A stretch of 64,000 nt of DNA from Kondoa subrosea. Its lineage: Eukaryota. The position numbers were made by a program, and so were the translations under genes. The stretch lies in the NCBI GenBank assembly GCA_039545335.1, contig BCIN01000003.1:992001-1056000 (forward strand), written 5' to 3'. Within the stretch, counting starts at the first letter, position 1. Each line of letters starts with the position of its first letter. This document shows, one piece after another, positions 28,191-41,968 of the stretch. Under the pieces are notes generated by a model. The model ran no database searches. It had not been told where the DNA came from and worked only from the letters and a program-made list of their open reading frames with translations.

Positions 28191-29476
28191 GGCAGCCTCT
28201 TGTCCCGATAACGCTGACCAATGTCTACTTTAAGGAAAACAGCATCATCGTTACATGTCGACCCTTTCCCCGCACAACCGCTGGCCGAGAAACGGAAATC
28301 TCTAACTCTCCTGTGTATCTGGATCTAAAACAAGCTTATTACAGCTAGTGAATTGTTAAGCTTTTGCCGCTTCCCAATCTGAGCATCAGATTGATCTAGC
28401 TGCCCTGAAAGATTATCACGATCTTCAATCTCGCATGAATGACTCTGCATGAATAATCAGATTAGACCCGGCTATTATAGTCGCCAGACTCACCTCGCAT
28501 AGTCTGATGAACTCTCTTCCAATTGCCAACCTGCTTGCATTCTCTTCTTTTGCTGCATTAACCGAAGGTTCAGCTAGGGTCAGTCTGCCTCCAGATGAAA
28601 AAGTCAAATAGTCACGCCATAGGATCGAAGGAAGACAAGCAGCAATAGGATCGAAATAGCCAAAATCGTGTTTGGTGAGCTTCTGAGCAGTGATTCGCTT
28701 ATATAGGTCTCGAGCGTCTTTTCATCCATTGATGAAGCCGAAAGGGGTTGCTTTGCTTCTTGTGCTTCAATAAAGAGTCTGACCAGCTATTCGGACGTTT
28801 TAGAAAATCGATTCAGTCTTCGAAAGCGATTGTACCTGGACTTCTTTGCTCAAGATATCGCAAGCTTCCTCTTTCGAGCATTTAGCATTGAATGCACTGA
28901 CAGCAACTAGGTCAGAAGGGAAGGAAGGTGGCGGAGGAGGGCATTCCTATTTTCAAAGTCAAATCAGACAGCTCTTCATAGATATAGCATAGACTGACCG
29001 TATGAAGTTCATGAAGCCTATGAATCCGGTTGCAAGCTCTTTTGTGAGCATGAACACCCTTTCCAACGACTTCGGTATGCTTCTGAACCGAGAACCTGTT
29101 TATATCGAGTTAGCCAAAATCTAGATGAGAAGGAAGCGAAGAACATGTTGAAGCAGAAAAATGGTCGCTTGCGAAGAAGGAGGAGGGAGAGAGGGAGAAG
29201 AACGAATGTAATAGAAAGACACTTCGAAATAACAAAGGAAACCAAATTCAAATGTACAGATGTATCGACGAACACTGGCGCTGCTGCTGCCGTACGACAT
29301 TACCAGAGCTGATATGGATACATAGCGAAAGAGAGAACAGACTGCATAGAATGTGAATAGAACTACCCTTTCTGAGGTGAATGTCGCTTCAAGTCTAAGT
29401 GCAATCATCAGTGTTTTTCCTTCGATTTCGATCCGCACTTACCGCACGCTATTTCATAATGCTTACGTGCCGCCAG

Positions 29477-30280
29477 TTACTCCTTTGATAACTCTGTACC
29501 ATCCGGATGTTCGCAAGAGCAATAAATCCCATTAGCTGGAACAAGCTCATATCCATGACGATGCCAGCAAGCTCTTAAAGTTGCCGTAACCAAGCATTGA
29601 TCGTCGCAATTGGCTGGGGTCCCGGCCACTTGAGAATAAAGCTCTTTAGCAAAAGCTATCACATCCGGATCTTCCTGAAACTTTGGCAGGATTTTGTGCT
29701 TAGCCGCGTGTTGCCAATCTGTAATGAGCTACAAAGAGATGGTGAGACGAGCTTAGAAGGCATTTTTGGAATGAAGCTTGCCTTGATTTCATCGTTCGTT
29801 AGCTTGATATTAGCTTCAGCATCCACTTTACCGCCTTTCGCCGGAGGATATCCAGAGACAATATTGGGGTCCCCTTCTAGATTGGCACATGTACCTGATT
29901 TCTGCGTAAAGCGCGATCAGTAAAAGTGACGATTAAGAAATTAAGAGGCTATACCGAGTAATCATAATGACCTGCGGTCAGTGAAGCCTCGATGTCCTTC
30001 TGTCGTCCGGCATCCTGTTGGGTTCGGTGAGCAGCAACTCCAAGTAGGGCTTTTAATTTGGCTTTCAATTTGATTGAAAGTCTGCTTACAGCCTGAAGTC
30101 CATGAAGGGAAATCGTCAGGGGAAGACTCACGATGTCATGATTTCCTGATCGATCGGTAAGATGTTCCTTACGTTAGGAAGATATAGACGAAGAGAAAGA
30201 GAGAGGGGATTTGGCAAATGAGAGGACTATAAATCCCTACAAAGGGATCGATTGGAAGGCGAATTCGGCCCCTGGTCATA
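29477..30280 (-). CDS. Small Cys-rich, possibly secreted hypothetical protein; 5' end uncertain
   Basis: Exons GCKQTFNQIESQIKSPTWSCCSPNPTGCRT / GTCANLEGDPNIVSGYPP...NDEIK / LITDWQHAAKH...ANCDDQCLVTATLRACWHRHGY...YCSCEHPDGTELSKE*. The last two join in frame through a GC-AG intron. Confidence 0.45.
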
Positions 30281-30996
30281 TGAAAGTAGGATATAATTTG
30301 AAGCCGATATCGAACTGCGAACTGATACACAGCTGAAAATGATTCAAGCTTGAACATTGTCTCGTCCTGGCGAGAGCGAAGTATAGCATGAAATATGATA
30401 CAGTATATACCTATTTGGACTATCAGTGACTGTCGTGAAGCGACTCAAGAGACTTACACAGCTCTGCTCTATCAAAACGAAGCTTTCCTCCATCCATTCA
30501 GCTCTCCCGCTGTTGCTTTCAGCTTAAATTGGAACTAGAGGAAGGCATCTATCAGCCATAGGCAAACGATATGGATAATACTTACCCTGGCCAGCCCTAC
30601 TTTCGACAATACACCTCTTCCGCGATTTGTCAAAGTACACCTTTCTTTGACTGCATCTGGTCTAGTTTTGGCAGGAAATATTTGAGGCGACGAGAGTGCT
30701 AATTGTGCTTGATAGCGAGTCTATGAAGTGCCAATCCTCAGCCTTCCGCACAGCCTAGAAGAATTCAAGAAACCCACTTTGATTGGAAGTGTAGTATTCC
30801 GCGCTACGAATAGGTATGCTCGCCTCTGCAGCTCCGTCGATTCTACTGCTTTCCGCCTTGCTGCGTCTCTAATCATCCGAGCTGACATTATGTCGCGGTT
30901 TTGTGACGAGGGTCTTCTTGTTCTCTTACAGCGTTCATGTAATATCCGGATTGACTAGATACCCTGGGCCTGCTCTATACACTATCTTGGATTACT

Positions 30997-32980
30997 ATGC
31001 ACGCTACATTAAACGAAGCTGCCTTGAATGCGCATACTCGAGGACCGAATCAATCAAACCCATATCAGACAGTGAAACATTACCTAGCTCATATTGAACC
31101 TCCGAGTCCGGAAGCAGCTGCTGCTCTTGCTCCTCCTTTATCTTCTCCTTCTCATGCTTCTGCGAAAACGAGTTCATCAAAACATAGTCGAATCTCAGCC
31201 ATGAGGACTAAAGATGGCAATACACGTGATGTACCTAAACAACAACAACAGAAGAGCAGTAGGAAAGGAAAGGAGAAAGCACTTGAATCACCCATGCTGG
31301 TTTCAAGAGTGCAGAAACAACTTAAAGTTCCGACTCCTTCTCCCCCTGCTGCAGCTCGTAAACCACCACAGCAGAAGGCTGTGTCTCCGGTGAGGAAGAC
31401 GAAGAAGTCGAAGGAGAAGGCCGAGACGAGGGAAAGCGAAGATGATCCTGATCATATACAACGTGAGTGGTCCAGACTGTGTCTCGTTCGCGAAATTCAT
31501 CGGTCGAATCATTACTCACAGGTCTAGAAGCCCGCAGACTACGTCGACAAGAGAAAGCAGCCATCAGAAACCCCGTGAAGGGTAAACGGAAACGGGATGC
31601 CGAATTGCAAAGCGAGGAAGAAGCAGAAGAACAGCCTATCAAGAGTAAGAGGAAAAAGAGTCAGGCTGAACAAATAGTAGAACAAGTGACTGGTGGACCA
31701 TCAAGGCAGAAATTGCTTAATGTATCCAAAGATCGAATAACGGTCCGTCTATTTCATCAAATTCATGACAGTGTGATATTGAAGCTGTAGGAGGACAGCT
31801 CAAAGATCAACCCAGACTTGGGCTTTTCTCTAAAGGCGTTTCTTCAGCTCAAATGTCGAAACAATCAGTCGGTGTACCAGATTTGGCTTTCCACGAATAT
31901 TCGTTCCTCTCTCGCAAACCTCGACCGAAACTTTCCACGCCTTTTGTACCAATCACTGAATCCGACCTGCCAACTAAATTTCGTTCCAGAGAACTAGAAG
32001 AGCCGCCGGATTCAGGTTCTCAAGATATGCAAGAAGATGCTCTGTCTGCTGCTTCAAGAGAACGAAGGAAACAAGCAAAACCGAAACATCTACCTGCGAA
32101 AGCCGTCTTTCGTCAAGCAAGCCCAGCTAAATCAGCAGTCCTTTCTCCAAAACCTGCTTGCCTCAATCAGCATTCTTTGCCCTCACCTGTTAAATCTCTA
32201 CCGTCAAGATCTCCCCTTCCTATCCCTCTGGTACAACCTATCGCACGCCCTTCGTCAGTAGCACGTAATCTTCCTGAACCTCTTCCGGTAGAACAACCTC
32301 CAATTCCGCATTACGCATCTCGTCCTTCCTACTCAGTAAAAGCTACCCATATACCTGATGTCCCTTCTGCAAACATAAAAGACGAAGTCCCGAAACCTTT
32401 ATCTCCCTCCTCTGAAAAAGGGACAGCTAAACACAGTCGATTGAGTTCTAACACTACAGATTTGGATCCGGAGAAGATTTGCATGACTGGTTGGGATAAG
32501 ATCCTTTCTGATCCACCGCCGATGAATATGAGAAGACATGTAGCTTGGGTCTATGAAGAGGATGAGATGGTTGATGAGTCTTTGCCTATGCACGAAAAGA
32601 ATGCAGGAGGGGAATGGCTTCATGATGCGGAACGAGAGGATGGCTATGGACGAGGAGTGAACGGCCAAGAGAAAGACATGATCGAAGATCGAAGCGAACA
32701 AGAAGAGCTATACGCGGAAGCTGACTTGCAACAGTTTTACTGGAAAGAAGATGAACAGACATACGAGGAGGAAGAGATGCTCTACGCTCAACCTGGTCCT
32801 TATGCTATGCAAGAAAATTCTGTACCAGTGGTGCAAATGCAGGAAGATTATCTCGATTCTTACGAGCCAAATACTTCTCTCACAGCAAGAAGTCGATATG
32901 CTGACTGGGACCGACCGCAAGAGGAACCAGATGAGCTTGCGGGCTTCTGGTACAGACCTAGAAGATCATTTTGTATTTGA
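30997..32980 (+). CDS. Low-complexity fungal hypothetical protein, multi-exon
   Basis: Three long consecutive ORFs with splice signals; basic/Pro-rich, then acidic; short GVPDLAFHEYSFL motif. Start uncertain. Confidence 0.65.
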
Positions 32981-33069
32981 ACAAGGCGGATTGATTCCGA
33001 CGCGCGCATGTCGCGTATTTGCGGTGATATGACAAGCTTGTGGGAGTGTTTTATGTATACTACCTTCAA

Positions 33070-35533
33070 TGCGGCGCCATGTGTATTGGATTCCCCGCAT
33101 GATTGTTTTGGGGAGCCGACTTTCCTTGTTCTTGCACAGCGATTCTAACCTTACATTCATATACCTCAGTGAGAGAGATTGCCTTGAAACAAGATGCGGG
33201 AGAGAAAGAGCGTTCATCTGCCTGGCGAGATTATTGAGTCAGTGATATGCACAAGTTTCAGGCTGTCATGCTGATTATGGACATTCAGCTCTATCTTCCA
33301 TGCTCTGGCTTTGCACTTCACTGAGAAGCCTTCGGTCGATCCATACATTCATCTAGCTGCTGCACCTAAGTTTGCTTTCATTTCCTCTTCAAGCGCACCG
33401 GTCTTCTCCCCAAGTTTGCTCGATTCCGCACTTGACAACTTCTCAAAGCTATCTCTGGTTTGTCGAGAATGGAATGCCGCTGCAAGACCTTACCTCTTTG
33501 CCAATATGCGGATTGGTTTACCCAGGTCATTCGAAACTCTGTTGGAGTAAGTAATTATCTCTCGCTCAGAGTATGCAAACTAATACTGTAGATAGAGATA
33601 TAGGCGAAGATGATGATTACGATGATCGAACCGGTCGGTTTCAAGGCGATTCTGGCTCACCACCAGGTTCAAGAGATCGCAGCCGATCACGAAGCATTAG
33701 CAGATCACGCAGCATGACTAGAGATATGAGTCGAGAACGTGGAAGTAGTATAAGGGAGATGAGTGTAGACAGAGGTTTACCTGAAGGGCTACGAAGACTT
33801 TCTTTGGCTCAAACAGCAGAGAAGATGTTCACTTTTGGATCAGCTTTAACTCCCACTGTATCGCATGCTACCGGTATTGAACATTATAGAGAGGCTGCAG
33901 CAAATCCTGGTCTCCTGATATCCCTTCTCACCTTTTCATCTTTCAGAACGCACGGAATGAAGCGTACCGGAAGAGAGGGATCCCAACAACGCTTCGTCAC
34001 TTCCTCTCGCTTACTCAGTCTGCTTCGTGGTACTCGCGGTCATGGTGACTTGAGATCCGGCGTGATTCATCCCAAACATGAAGTGATTATACCTGAAGAT
34101 GGTGAAGAGGAAAGCTTAAGAGGTCGACTGGTCGCTCTGGGTCTTTGTGAATATATGGACAGTGCACTCAATTATCCAATGCTGGAAGAGTTGCTTTTAC
34201 GAGGAGGAATAGATGCAGTGTATGAGGCAGAAGATGGATCGGCCCACATCAAGCGAGAAGGATCAACTGTAGCAAAAGATTGCAGGCCACTGCAAGCACT
34301 TGATCTGTGCGGCTGTGTCAGCCGAGTCTTCATTAGCGGTCTGGAACAGCTCATTTCCTACTATCGACTCGGAGAAGGGCATTATAAAGATCCAGCATCG
34401 GGCTGGATACGAAGCTACTTCCCACACCTTAAACGACTTGGTATGTATGATTCTGGAATTCGGACAAGTCTCCTCACAGCTTTCGTCACGTCTTTCCCAA
34501 ATCTCACTCATCTCGATCTAGGCAAGACTCGCGCGTCTCCAGCTCTTCTCTATGCCTTAGCAAATACTCCGACACTAGATCTCGAAGCACTCAATCTTCA
34601 TCGCTGTAAAGGTATCGATGGTGAATCACTCATGGCATTACTCTGTCCACCCATAGACAAGCATTGCGTTACAGCTAAATTGCGCCACCTTTCCATTAAC
34701 GGGGATGAGAATGCAACAATTCTTTCCGAAGATCAACTCAAGCATCTCATCATCAATGGATCTTGCTTCAATTCCGGTTTACTACAGACCCTTGACCTCT
34801 CCTCGCATAAAATCAATGATGAAATTCTGAATCTTTTCCCACCTTCGCTATGGCAGGAAGAAGGTCGTCTGATCGTCTTGGGTTTAGCACGATGTAGAGG
34901 AATCACTTTACCTGGCGTAGCACATTTTTTGGAACACCGAGCATCAAGTGTAGAAGTTCTGGATCTGAGTAAGAGTTGTATTGATCATACTGTACCGTTG
35001 AGATACGGAAGTCAACCTCATATACCGATCATGGCTTTACATACGCAATTGATTTCGAAGCTGGGTCATGGCACATTGGGGCCACAGAGGACGAGGAAAA
35101 CCAACTTGAGAGTCTTGTAAGCTTATCATACTTTGCTGGTCAGGAATAGTTGCTAAAATATCGAGCAGAGAATTGGATGAAGCTGCTCTAGACTCGATCA
35201 AAGGAGGTGTAGAGAATTGGAAAGTCATTTTTGGTAAAGGCAGAAGGTCAGCACTCACCACTCTGCATATCGCCAGTTCACTCATTGTGTATTGACAGAG
35301 GCTGGTATGTCGATCTCAGCAGCACAGGAAGATTCGAACATGGTCAACGAATCTTACATCACCTTTCTCCCGATAGTGACGAACGTAGAGCATTAACGAA
35401 ACTACACAAAACGGGCGCAGAAGATGGAAGAGTTGGTTGGCATCCTCTCAAGCTAGAAATATTGCACGGGCATTCGTTTTTGGGTTGCGAAAGTGGGATT
35501 TATGCCTTTCATGCGTATCAAGTAGAGGCGTAA
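33070..35533 (+). CDS. F-box-like / RNI-like leucine-rich-repeat protein; start approximate
   Basis: HLPGEII...LSLVCREWNAAARPYLF F-box-like segment; LRR-type repeats LQALDLCGC, FPNLTHLDLGKT, LEALNLHRCKGI, LQTLDLSSH, VEVLDLSKS. Confidence 0.82.
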
Positions 35534-36269
35534 AAAGGATCAGTTGAGATGAGAGGTGTGGGAGAGGGTGTCCCAGTGGTGTTTGTAAGGTATATACGTT
35601 CTGTTCAATGCATATCTAAAGTTCTGCTTGTTACATTGCCCAGTACAGTGAAACATCGCTTAACCGGATTTGTGACTGTTTCACAATTAGCATGGCATGG
35701 TGTAACACGACAGAGGGCGTACATTTGCCATGCAGCAGCAACCTGTCCATAAAAGTCAGGCCTGATTTCAAACGAAATATAGCCAACAAGAACGAACGAA
35801 AGGTAAAGAGAATCCGCTGATGAACAGAGTAGCGACCTTAATAGCTACACCTGTCTTGTTCCTGTAGCTGTGAGTCAAGCAGCTGTCTTAGCAACAATGT
35901 TGCTATCGACCCAAAATCTTGCTCACTCGAAAGGCATGCTAGAAGCACAAATCAGTACACAAAGACATGACTGATAGGCAAGGCTTGGTCTTACTTGTTG
36001 TAAACTGTGTTTTCAATATGAATTGATCGAATTGCTTGAGGTTTGACAGCAAATCGAGCCGTGTTGGCAGACCGAGCGAGTTGTCTAGCGAGCATCTCTG
36101 TGTGTATTGTGCTTAATCAGCTATCTGTCTACAGCTGTGCGGTATACGAGGCAGACTTGGGGATATGTGATGAGTCGCTTTTGACAAACAAGAGAGCGAA
36201 TTCGACCGATTTGAGAGTTGGGTTACAATATGTTACAAAGGCTATGATACAATATGCTTTTCGTATCTC

Positions 36270-37393
36270 TTAAGACGTCGGCAGTGTCCCTGTTGGTTCC
36301 ACCAGATTCGTCGCTTCAATTCTATACCAAACACATCAGCTAGCAAATGTCAACTAGAAGATTAAGACTTACATCTCCAGACCTAAGTCGAAAGGATGCC
36401 CTTCATCTAGCGTAGCAGACACTTCTTTATTCTGTACTTGAACTTCACTTGATTCCCCTTGCAATTTGACCGCTGCTGGAGGTAAGTTGAAAGGTAGCAT
36501 GACTGAAATTCCAACCGTTCTGACTTTCTCTCTCATCATTGGCAGTTGCTTTTCTGAAAGTTCACCACTGTTCGTAAGCGTGAAATCCGCAAAGGGGATC
36601 TGCGAAGATTATTAGACGGAAAGTAGTGTCAAAAGACGATTGGGACGGACAAGCACATCTTCCCATTCTCCCGGTATCGATGGCCATAATCGATGTTGAT
36701 AAAGGTCAGTCTGGACTGTAAGAAGGACATAATGCGAATCAGCGAAAGCTGACAACCTGCAATAACCATCTCACTTGGACCATCTGTTTGTATATTCACA
36801 AAATACCGCAGCGTCGAAGCTCTTGTTCCAACAGGCGGTGACCGTAATCTAAGACGAAGGAAAGAATACTGCGAAGTGTCCCAACACTGAACGCCAAATA
36901 TCGTAGATTTCGACTTGAGTCACGTCAGCATAGTATGCTGAGAAGTTAGTAGCGCGAACCTTTGTTCTCATGCCTGCATACCCGCTTCTATCTACATTGA
37001 TCCCACTGAGCTTCATACCAGGTGCCACGAAAGGATTCAGCACGCCATGAAATCTGCCTGTCAGACCCAAGACAAACTGAGCTATCGTATATAGCTAGAC
37101 AGCAAATTGTCTGACCTCTTCCTTTATCATCCACATCCAATTCTGCTCTAGATTTGCCTCCCATATCCGCATCTGAGCCAGCAATAACATGTTCCAGATC
37201 TTGTCTTGATTGTAAGCGAAGCATAGACAAAGCTTCGCCAGGTTCAGCACCTAGAGGAGCTGCACGAAGAACTGATAAAACACAACAGATGAATCACATG
37301 CACAGATGGATAAGGGAGAAAGGAAGAAGCACTTTTGGCAGACTCGTTTCGCAGCTGATCCATACTGCGATTGAGGAAATTACGCCAGGCCAT
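36270..37393 (-). CDS. CIA30: Complex I intermediate-associated protein 30 (CIA30/NDUFAF1)
   Basis: GSDADMGGKSRAEL, GRFHGVL, RSGYAGMRTK, YFVNIQTDGP, DLYQHRLW, IPFADFTLTNSG, VRTVGISV. Confidence 0.92.
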
Positions 37394-37558
37394 ATTCGTG
37401 GATTACTTAGATACACGAAACAGAAGCAAAGGCAGAGAGCTGCACTGAGACAGATGATGGTTATCAGACGAGATGCACTTCGAGCAGAAATTAACAATGA
37501 TGCTTGTCCTGCAACCGTCTGATACCCTGAAGTTTTGATCAATATCCCAGAACACACT

Positions 37559-38766
37559 ATGAGATGTGCGCTATCCATCAGTACCACTCTCTTCCCTTTC
37601 TCATGCCGTCTCTTCTCGCTTATCAGACGCAGTGCTTGTGAGCAAAATCGCATTACGCTTCTAAACAGCGCTTGATGTCTGTTTCTCTTCCTTCTTCATC
37701 AGGTGTGTGGACCAGCAGGTTCAGGCAAATCAACCTTCTGTTCTTCACTTATAGCTCACGGTCAAACAATGGGTCGAACTATGCATTTATTCAATTTGGA
37801 TCCAGCAGCGGAGAAATTCGAATATTCACCGTCTGTGGATATAAGGGATCTGATTGGGTTGGATGAAGTAATGGAAGATTTGGATTTCGGTCCAAATGGT
37901 GGTTTGATTTATTGCTTTGAGTGAATCCTGTCGCGTCACTTAGTCTAGGAAACAGCTCAGACGGATACAACAGGTATCTGCTGGAGAATTTGGATTGGCT
38001 GCATGAAAGTCTAGGAGATTACGATGATGATTACCTAATTATCGATTGTCCTGGTTCGTGATGACATTGCTAATCAGTTTTAAGCTGATGCCAGTATTGT
38101 CGATACGAACAGGTCAAATCGAACTTTACACCCATTTCCCAATTATGACCAAACTCGTGAATCTACTCACACGACAACTCGATATCCGGTTATGCGCAAC
38201 CTATCTACTCGAATCTCAGTTTATGGAGGACAAGACGAAATTCTTCAGTGGAGTAATGAGTGCTATGAGTTGTATGATCAACTTGGAATGTCCGCATATC
38301 AATATCCTGAGTAAAATGGATCTTGTGAAAGGAGGGAAAAGTAAAAGGGAATTGAGCAGGTCAGTCGCAGTGTTCACATTTACTCAAAATACAGGGCTAA
38401 GATCGAAACTAGATTCGTTGACCCGGATCCAACACTACTAGCGGATGAAGTCAATTCTCGGACGAACCCAAAGTTTCACGCTTTAAATGAAGCGATAGTG
38501 CGGCTGGTACGTTCTTTGTCAATATCCTTGGCATCCTGCGTTGATTTCTTTCAGTAGATAGAAGATTACAACATGGTTCAATTCATACCGCTTGACCTGA
38601 CAGACACGGAATCGCTCAATTTTGTACTGTCGCATATCGACAATGCGATACAGTATGGTGAAGCAGAGGCGAGTCGACCGTCTTGCACAGCAATGTACCG
38701 AATTAATGTCAGGCGCAGGAACCTAAAGAACCGAAAGACATGGACACTGGTGATTTCGAGGAATAG
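37559..38766 (+). CDS. GPN3: GPN-loop GTPase 3
   Basis: [64 protein letters not shown]. Confidence 0.96.
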
Positions 38767-39049
38767 TTGTGACAACCACGTGCATTTTATTGCTATGACT
38801 TTTCGATGCTCTTTATTGTCCGTCCGGCCGACCGATCTTTGGTCTCGTTCGTCAACATGAATTCAGAGTAGAGCCTACTTCACTATGGTACTTGTCATGT
38901 AGCTGTCTCTTAGAAAACCATTGTACCGGTTGACTTCCATATCACAGTTCTCGCTTCAGATCATATCTGAACAAGCCATTCGAATTTTTGCCTGCTTGCG
39001 ATGAGCCTTCGACGTGGTCCCAACCCGCCAGTGAAAGCCAATAACACAT

Positions 39050-40624
39050 CTACACAATGTTCAGAACCTCCCAACCCTTTCTTCTACTGACGGTCAATAC
39101 CCCTTGATCCTCGTTGCGTACGTGAAGGTAGTGTTCTGAGCGTCCGGGACGCCAATCACCGCTAATGAGGACACCTCTATCTGCTGTAGACAGCTCGACC
39201 AAATCTTCGCTAAGAGCTTCAAACATCTTGTCCAATAACTTTTCTTCTTCGAATTCTTCCAAGAGGTGAGGTAGCTTTTCATGTAAATCGAGAACTACTT
39301 GACCTTCAACTTCAAAACTATAAGTCTTCAATTTAGGCAGATGATCTTGCACCAAAGGCAAGCCCAGAACAGATGACATCATACATATACTTCTTTCTTC
39401 TCCGGTGACATGGCAAAAGTACTTGAGTGTGAGATTTTCTAGATTGGCCAGAAACGCTGTCGCCAATGGTTGACCCCATAATAGTACGAGCGTGTTCGTG
39501 CATCGCGCTCCGCTGGCACACAGCGTCAGTGTCGTGCATTTGGGGATTGCCTTGAAAAGAGCAATGTAAAGGTCTGCAGTCTTGTCCTCGTCACGCAGCT
39601 CCCCCAGGTTGAGCGAGGTAAGGTTTGAAAGATACTTTGCCATATTCAGTATATAAGGTGCATCAAGGCCTGACCAGGTCCAATAGAATTCGACGGATCG
39701 AAGAGATTCCGCCTGGTCGCTTAATAATTCTTGCCAAGCATCTAAGCTCTCTCGCGAGTTTGCATCGGACAGTATAAAGTCCCAATTATTGATTGTGAAT
39801 TGTAAGATCTTCAAAGGGGAGGCTGCTCTTCTTAGTCCGCAAGATGGAAACGGTAAGTTGACCATTCTCAAAGTCTTCAAGTTGGGCATCCAATTTGTAG
39901 GGTAGGTGAAATTGAGTAGCTTGGATTGAGCCTCCAAGCCGTCCCCGGAAATGACGTGATATAGACGTAGGTGCTGTAGAAAAGGAAGTCTTCTTAATTG
40001 TGCGAGTGAAGGCAAAACAAGCATGTCTTCTCTGAAAGTATCTTCAGGATCGTTGGTAAGTAAATTGATCCGGACCCGGAAATGGCACAAAGAAGGTAGA
40101 CAGCCAAATAACTGGAGGACCGCATCGACTTCAGTCTGAGACTGTCTCTTGCTTTCTTCCACCGCATCTTCGTAATCATCGGGCAAAAATCCTTCAGGAA
40201 AATCGAGTATTCTAACACTCCCATCTTCTTCAACGTATCGCAGATCCGTCTCATGATCCCAAAAAACACTTCTGACATACGTTCCATGGTCGGTATCTTG
40301 AATAGTCCTTCGCAGCTGAGGATTGCTGAGTTCGTTCTGGTATAAAGAATGATATATATGAGGCAGAGTGATAGAATCTAGATCATTCCTGGTGAGTCGC
40401 GGAGTATGAGCAGGTGCAGAAGGACTCACAGAGCATGCCTATGTCCAGCAGGTTTATATCAATATCCCACCATGATCTCTCTGGATTAAAGCAGGCTTAC
40501 GATCAACCAGCAGCAGGGAGAACAGATCCCGCTTTGAATTCCTGTAGAATATATCCTCGGACCGCACCAGGTCCTCTGCAACCATTTCGACAATTCCCTC
40601 GATGATTTCAGGCGGAAACCTCAT
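39050..40624 (-). CDS. F-box-like/LRR-like hypothetical protein
   Basis: N-terminal MRFPPEIIEGIVEMV...DLFSLLLVDR; repeats LPFLQHLRL, MPNLKTLRM, LSNLTSLNL, LANLENLTL, LPKLKTYSF. Confidence 0.7.
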
Positions 40625-40903
40625 TGCTGCCAATTTACACAAGGATACAATCCTGCCACAGATAAAGCGCTTGTGGATATAGTAAGAGACTCAAAAAGAC
40701 TCAAAGTGTTTTGAGTGTATGGCGGTAAGTGAACAACATGCGTTCCACCGGGCAGTCAATCCAATTCCGAGCTAATGTCTCTGAGATACGCGATCACTCG
40801 TGAATGGGTAACGGCGTGCATCTGTTTTAGACTCGTTGTAATTCCCTTGCTCGATACCTTTCCCTCAACTGAATACAATAGCTATCCAACCAAATCAGCC
40901 ATT

Positions 40904-41737
40904 CTAAGGTGGGCCTGCAGACGGGTGCCAGTTCTGATGAGCTCCATCAAAGCTTCCTTTCGTTCCATCCGTTGCTGTTGGACCTTCCAATACCACCCAT
41001 CGCGCATCAGGTTCTGCAACATCAACCCATTTCGCTTGCCATTCCGGTACATCACCATCACCAATGCTGACCTCGAGCTTATTGGGGTTTGCAGCGTTGC
41101 GTCTGAGTGTATACTTGAGAGTCCACTGCCATTGTTTGAACATCTGATCTACTTCAAATTTGCCATCTTCTTTTACTTTGAGAGTGCATAGAGTAGTGTA
41201 AAAGACTTCATTAGCAGTGAAAGAAAGAAAGCTGTAGGTAACATCGTCTTCGCCAGGATTAATCTTTCCTGATGCCGTAACAGGAATGGACGGTCCTGGG
41301 CCATCTGCCAATTTGATCGTATAGAGCTTGTTGACGTCCGAGATGATGACGGAAGCGGCAATGTCGTAGAATTTAGTGATTGGGTCGCCATCGAGACAGG
41401 GAAGAGGCGCTTGGGGTACGACAGTAAGAATAGCTTGATCTTCACCAGCTTCGCCAAACTTAGAAACGCGCTGGTTGACCGCGCAGCTCTGAATGAGTCC
41501 AACCCGTTTGGTCCTTGAGATTCGCATCACCTTGAGCGTTAATATCGAGCTTGAGTACTTGATCATTGATATCAATGGTCCACGAATCTGAGGAATACCT
41601 TGATCGGTCGAAGGATGCTTCAGTCTGCTGGACAGCTTGGGTAATGTTTGCCATGATGAGAGCAGTTGATTCAGGTCTACTTCAAAGGAGAAAGAGGCGC
41701 GAATAAGAGCACAGGTGACACAAATAATGAAATGCAA
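40904..41737 (-). CDS. Intronless hypothetical protein, possibly secreted; beta-rich C-terminal half
   Basis: 277-codon open frame with a hydrophobic N-terminus and protein-like composition; no family recognised; true start uncertain. Confidence 0.5.
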   Translation of the reverse strand: MHFIICVTCALIRASFSFEVDLNQLLSSWQTLPKLSSRLKHPSTDQGIPQIRGPLISMIKYSSSILTLKVMRISRTKRVGLIQSCAVNQRVSKFGEAGEDQAILTVVPQAPLPCLDGDPITKFYDIAASVIISDVNKLYTIKLADGPGPSIPVTASGKINPGEDDVTYSFLSFTANEVFYTTLCTLKVKEDGKFEVDQMFKQWQWTLKYTLRRNAANPNKLEVSIGDGDVPEWQAKWVDVAEPDARWVVLEGPTATDGTKGSFDGAHQNWHPSAGPP

Positions 41738-41968
41738 TCAAAGGCAAATGCAAAGATGAATTAGGCCTCAGAGGATCAACGAAGGTCATGCGATCATTCG
41801 GAGGAAGAAGAAAGAGAACGAGACCTCTTAAATATTCCTCAAACCGGTGTTCATGGGCAAAGTTCAATAACCTCAACTCGATCAAGTGCAACTGCCAGGA
41901 CTCAAGTTGATGACCCTCAATTGTCTCGCATATGTTCCATCTAATTTTCGTCTATTTCAATCTACATT

